This document shows positions 60,729-64,000 of a DNA stretch of 64,000 nucleotides, piece by piece. Location of the stretch: IMG/VR virus record IMGVR_UViG_3300037067_015211, positions 148,569 to 212,568 of that record; one strand, 5' to 3'. The stretch is from a virus (Duplodnaviria > Caudoviricetes). Each line of letters opens with the position of its first letter. Position 1 is the stretch's first letter. Under the pieces are notes generated by a model. That model was not told where the DNA came from. It saw only the letters and a program-made list of their open reading frames with translations, and did no database searches. Both the position numbers and the translations under genes were made by a program.

Positions 60729-61127
60729 TTATCTTTCCAAAATTATTGTTCCGTTAACAACCTTGGATTTCTTAATGCTCGCTCTAACATGATCCAACAA
60801 TCGCTCTTTAATCGATGTCGAGTTATAAACACGCGGAGGCAAATCCTTTCTTTGCCGTCCGCACTCCATATGTATAATAGCCTTACCGCCCTTTTTTATT
60901 TTTTTTACAATGAGTTTCATAACGTCTTTATCGCTGGGCGCAGTTGCAACCACTTTTTGTGATATATATATAATGTTCTGACTGTTGTTTTCCAGCCGTT
61001 CAATGCCCTTTATCGTTTTAATGTATTTTGCAAAATCGTCCGCATGGGGTTCATCCACTGCCTTTAAATTGGACACATTCTTTCTTTCAAAAATAACATT
61101 GTTTTGCCGCTTCACTTTTTTAAACAT
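60729..61127 (-). CDS. hypothetical protein, partial SAM-methyltransferase-like fold
   Basis: LENNSQNIIY...LIVKKIKKGGKAII resembles class I MTase C-half; no GxGxG. Confidence 0.4.
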   Translation of the reverse strand: MFKKVKRQNNVIFERKNVSNLKAVDEPHADDFAKYIKTIKGIERLENNSQNIIYISQKVVATAPSDKDVMKLIVKKIKKGGKAIIHMECGRQRKDLPPRVYNSTSIKERLLDHVRASIKKSKVVNGTIILER

Positions 61128-61282
61128 TATTTGCTCTCCTCTTCTTTTTTGTCCTGCAAAAGATCGGCGATTATCAAGCCCTCAACGTATTCGGAGAAAT
61201 TATTGTTGCACTTTTCCTTAGACTTTTTTCTAGCCGCCTCAAATAACGTTGTATTTAACGTCAGGCAATGTTGTTTTTTCAT
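61127..61282 (-). CDS. ribbon-helix-helix DNA-binding protein (51 aa, not in track)
   Basis: MKKQHCLTLNTTLFEAARKKSKEKCNNNFSEYVEGLIIADL; GGAGG RBS; TAATG coupling. Confidence 0.65.
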   Translation of the reverse strand: MKKQHCLTLNTTLFEAARKKSKEKCNNNFSEYVEGLIIADLLQDKKEEESK

Positions 61283-61346
61283 ATCGGGCACCTCCACTCA
61301 ATAAACATGATAGTAAATATATTGAAAAATATATACAGAAAAATAG

Positions 61347-61391
61347 CACAACATATTGTATTATGTATATAAATATATACAACATATTGTG
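61347..61391. promoter_or_regulatory. tandem NrdR-like boxes
   Basis: CACAACATATTGTA (61347) and TACAACATATTGTG (61378), 31 bp apart, upstream of redoxin and NrdD-like genes. Confidence 0.72.
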
Positions 61392-61406
61392 GTTGAAAGA
61401 TTTAGC

Positions 61407-61434
61407 TTGACTTTTCCCCCATCATATATATAAT
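61407..61434 (+). promoter_or_regulatory. sigma70-like promoter
   Basis: TTGACT-N16-TATAAT, then AAGGAG RBS. Confidence 0.65.
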
Positions 61435-61456
61435 GATAATATGAAGGAGAAATAAT

Positions 61457-61708
61457 TTGGACGTTAAAATTGACGAGGTAAAGCCCAAAGAGAATGGGCT
61501 TTGGAACATTATCGGTACCATTGATGGGGCAGTGTTTGGCCTAAGAGTAAAATACAAAATGGGCAATGCAATTCCATTTGGATCGCTCGTATTCTCAATT
61601 GGAGATAACGATATCCCTGAATTTACGGCAGAACTGTTTGCGCTCATTAAAGTTGCGATTGCCAAATTCAATGCAGAACAACACACTGATTTGAACAAAT
61701 TATTGTAG
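61457..61708 (+). CDS. hypothetical protein
   Basis: 83 aa, TTG start with AAGGAG RBS. Confidence 0.65.
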   Translation: MDVKIDEVKPKENGLWNIIGTIDGAVFGLRVKYKMGNAIPFGSLVFSIGDNDIPEFTAELFALIKVAIAKFNAEQHTDLNKLL

Positions 61709-61855
61709 AGCAATTTTTATCAAAAAAATTTTCTACACTTATCCACTTGTGGCAATCATGGTTGAATAAAAGGCGTCGTCAATGCATTATTTTTTACTCT
61801 ATAAGTTTATAAAAAATCGCTATGATGCTTTCACTTCAAATTTTAGGAGAATCAA

Positions 61856-62179
61856 ATGCTAACAATCTATACATTCGGAAAAGTCGGTTGCGCCAAGTGC
61901 GATTCCAGCAGACGAAAAATAGAGCACTACATAGAAAAATTAGAACTTGCCGAATGTGTGGATTATACGTTTTACGATATAACTGAAGAAGAGGGCTTGG
62001 CACTAGCGGCGTTTATGGATGCCGCTGTCGATATCCCACATACATTTATTTGGGAAGACCTCGAAGAGTTAGATCAATATAATTGTATTGCCCAGTGGCA
62101 TAAAGAAGTGCCCGATAAAACGCTCAAGGATATCCTTGTGGCAAATTGTTGTCCCTCTGATGAATTGGCAGTCGTATGA
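61856..62179 (+). CDS. glutaredoxin/thioredoxin-like protein
   Basis: TIYTFGKVGCAKC (CxxC), DIPHTFI cis-Pro motif. Confidence 0.8.
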   Translation: MLTIYTFGKVGCAKCDSSRRKIEHYIEKLELAECVDYTFYDITEEEGLALAAFMDAAVDIPHTFIWEDLEELDQYNCIAQWHKEVPDKTLKDILVANCCPSDELAVV

Positions 62180-62532
62180 AGATAACTAAGGAACGCTTTA
62201 AAGAACTTCTCTCATCTGAAACCGTAGACGGAAAGCAAATATTTGAAATTAAAGAAGAAACTGATAATAGTTGTATCGTCTGCGGAGATGGCAAATATGC
62301 CTTTGAAGTGAATTTCAAGCAAATGGAACAGAATGACGATTCTAACTGGAAACAAATTGTTGCTGTTTTCTTAGATAAGAGAGAAGCAAGGATTTTATCC
62401 CATCTTACTCGCGTAGTAGGCTACTATTCGCAAACACATAACTGGAATGATAGTAAAATAGGTGAGTTAAAAGATAGACGTGCAGGTGATTATAGCCTTA
62501 TGAAAGCGGAAAAGACAAAATCATTGATTTAA
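62176..62532 (+). CDS. nrdD: stand-alone NrdD-type glycyl-radical domain (only C-terminal part of class III RNR)
   Basis: TRVVGYY...NWNDSKIGELKDR matches NrdD C-terminal motif; only 118 aa. Confidence 0.75.
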   Translation: MKITKERFKELLSSETVDGKQIFEIKEETDNSCIVCGDGKYAFEVNFKQMEQNDDSNWKQIVAVFLDKREARILSHLTRVVGYYSQTHNWNDSKIGELKDRRAGDYSLMKAEKTKSLI

Positions 62533-63275
62533 AAAAATCTTGATAACCAATCTGATAGTGCGGGATCTTTCAGTGAGGCATACCGCTTATTCTTGTCTGT
62601 CAGGTCAACATTGAACAAAAATTTTGCTTCTTCTATATGTTTTTGTTCAAATGGAATCTTGATGCTAACCTTTTTGCGCTCCACTACATTACTGTTTAGG
62701 ATTTCCTCTACGCGACCCACATAACCTAATCCGCCGACAAATATCATTGTATCTGGCAAGGACATTCCATCATTTAGTGTTTGGTACAAATATTTTTTGT
62801 TTGTATCGTCAATTTTCTGATAATTTGCCATTACATCTTTAGCAGGAGTAATTCTACCACTAAATTCATTGCGCCCAGCAATTTCAATTGCTTTTCCTAA
62901 AATATCCAACAATATTTGTTTTTTGTTAGCATTGTTTGATATTTCATGCAAATATTTGTTTACATTATTGGTGGTATCACGTAAAACGAGATTTAGTGCT
63001 AGGGCAGAATGTGTGTAATCGTAAATATCATCTATTTTCTCTTGTATATTTTCTCTTGAATTGAAACGAATAACGTCTTGAATATTTTTAAATGTAATTA
63101 TGGGTTCTTCGCCGCCAATCAGATACTCCATATGACCTTTGTATATCAAATAAACGATTGCGCCGCTTATCGGAAGAAGATCATCTGGCCATATGTTATC
63201 TTTTACGACAGTCTTATTTTGCTGTACTGGGCTTGCCGAATTTAACGCGCTTCTTTTGTTGAGGCTCAATAACAT
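62529..63275 (-). CDS. hypothetical protein
   Basis: 248-aa ORF; NKRSA near N-terminus. Confidence 0.65.
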   Translation of the reverse strand: MLLSLNKRSALNSASPVQQNKTVVKDNIWPDDLLPISGAIVYLIYKGHMEYLIGGEEPIITFKNIQDVIRFNSRENIQEKIDDIYDYTHSALALNLVLRDTTNNVNKYLHEISNNANKKQILLDILGKAIEIAGRNEFSGRITPAKDVMANYQKIDDTNKKYLYQTLNDGMSLPDTMIFVGGLGYVGRVEEILNSNVVERKKVSIKIPFEQKHIEEAKFLFNVDLTDKNKRYASLKDPALSDWLSRFF

Positions 63276-63555
63276 GGTTTACCAGCCTAATTAACAAGGC
63301 ATCTCTACTCGTATCGATATATAAAATACTCGTGTCCTTAATATCATAGTGCTTTAGCAACTCTTTATTGTATTCTGTTAAAAATTCTTCGACTCTTTTT
63401 TTAGACTTTAGCTTAGTCGCTCTTTGATGGAGATTAAGTGCAAGCAACTTATCACCATCGGGCAATGAGTAAAGGGACCATGAATAAATCTTGTTAAAAA
63501 TACCGCTATTTTCAAGCGGGAGTCTGGCTACATCTTCCCATGTGTTGAAGTCCAT
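63214..63555 (-). CDS. hypothetical protein
   Basis: 113-aa ORF, GAGG RBS. Confidence 0.65.
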   Translation of the reverse strand: MDFNTWEDVARLPLENSGIFNKIYSWSLYSLPDGDKLLALNLHQRATKLKSKKRVEEFLTEYNKELLKHYDIKDTSILYIDTSRDALLIRLVNHVIEPQQKKRVKFGKPSTAK

Positions 63556-63558
63556 GTT

Positions 63559-63993
63559 TTACCTCAGATTAATTACTTTGCCGCCTTTGCCTTGTTGCAT
63601 CTGGGGATTAAATGATGCACCGGGTACGGCAATTTGTTGACGGGCTTGAGATTCCATCTGACGCCTACGGCAATAATTTGTGTATTCGCCCTTTTCATTC
63701 TCATTAGGCTCTCGATATTCGCCCCTGACAGGTCCAACTGTATAAATTACCGTCTCGTCATTTTCTGTGATTACAAACTCTTTGTCCATCACCACATATT
63801 TTTTATCTAGGTGAGTTACTTTGTTGCCTTGCATCAGATTATAATCTACTTCCGATACAAATAATTTGTCGTTGTCCTCGATAAAATTAGGCCGCAACAT
63901 AATAGTTGCTTGGCCGTATCCATCGGGCGGCGTCTCTGTCGTTTCGTAGCCCTTTTCTTCGTCGAATTTCAGAAAATTAAACTTCGTACCCAT
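63559..63993 (-). CDS. hypothetical protein
   Basis: 144-aa ORF. Confidence 0.65.
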   Translation of the reverse strand: MGTKFNFLKFDEEKGYETTETPPDGYGQATIMLRPNFIEDNDKLFVSEVDYNLMQGNKVTHLDKKYVVMDKEFVITENDETVIYTVGPVRGEYREPNENEKGEYTNYCRRRQMESQARQQIAVPGASFNPQMQQGKGGKVINLR

Positions 63994-64000
63994 TACATTC

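Noticed and set aside
61739-61747. DnaA-box-like TTATCCACT
   Set aside because: Single, mismatched copy; expected by chance.
1-64000. CRISPR array, tRNA or rRNA genes
   Set aside because: No repeat-spacer periodicity or cloverleaf signatures noticed; intergenic gaps are short. Manual scan only.
1-64000. Stop-codon reassignment
   Set aside because: Long intact ORFs and dense coding under code 11; TAA, TAG and TGA all end genes.
53945-64000. Terminase large subunit next to the portal
   Set aside because: No Walker A/B plus nuclease ORF here; presumably outside the window.

Overview
About 64 kb of a large, AT-rich tailed dsDNA phage genome (standard code 11, AGGAG-type RBSs, sigma70-like early promoters). 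No sheath gene is visible, so a siphovirus-like virion is likely. Left (1-11 kb): replication module (DnaB, degenerate DnaC-like loader, HTH initiator-like gene, palindrome-rich candidate origin), small early genes interrupted by an intact IS607 element (tnpA + tnpB + omegaRNA), and a divergent SF2 helicase. Middle and right (11-60 kb, minus strand): morphogenesis region with internal head proteins, portal, 1162-aa protease/scaffold, decoration protein, major capsid, capsid appendage genes (LamG, CBM-like, beta-helix), neck, two tail-tube paralogues, a frameshifted tail chaperone, tape measure and tail tip/fibre genes. A receiver-domain/membrane-protein/patatin trio sits inside it. Far right: a + strand operon under tandem NrdR-like boxes encoding a thioredoxin-like protein and a stand-alone NrdD-type glycyl-radical domain. 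Most notable: that possible class III RNR 'spare part' operon, a Ser-Gly-[ILV] motif concentrated in external virion proteins (possible glycosylation sequon), a shared basic-x-Ala leader/cleavage motif in head proteins, and the receiver-TM-patatin cassette. All calls are by eye, without database searches.
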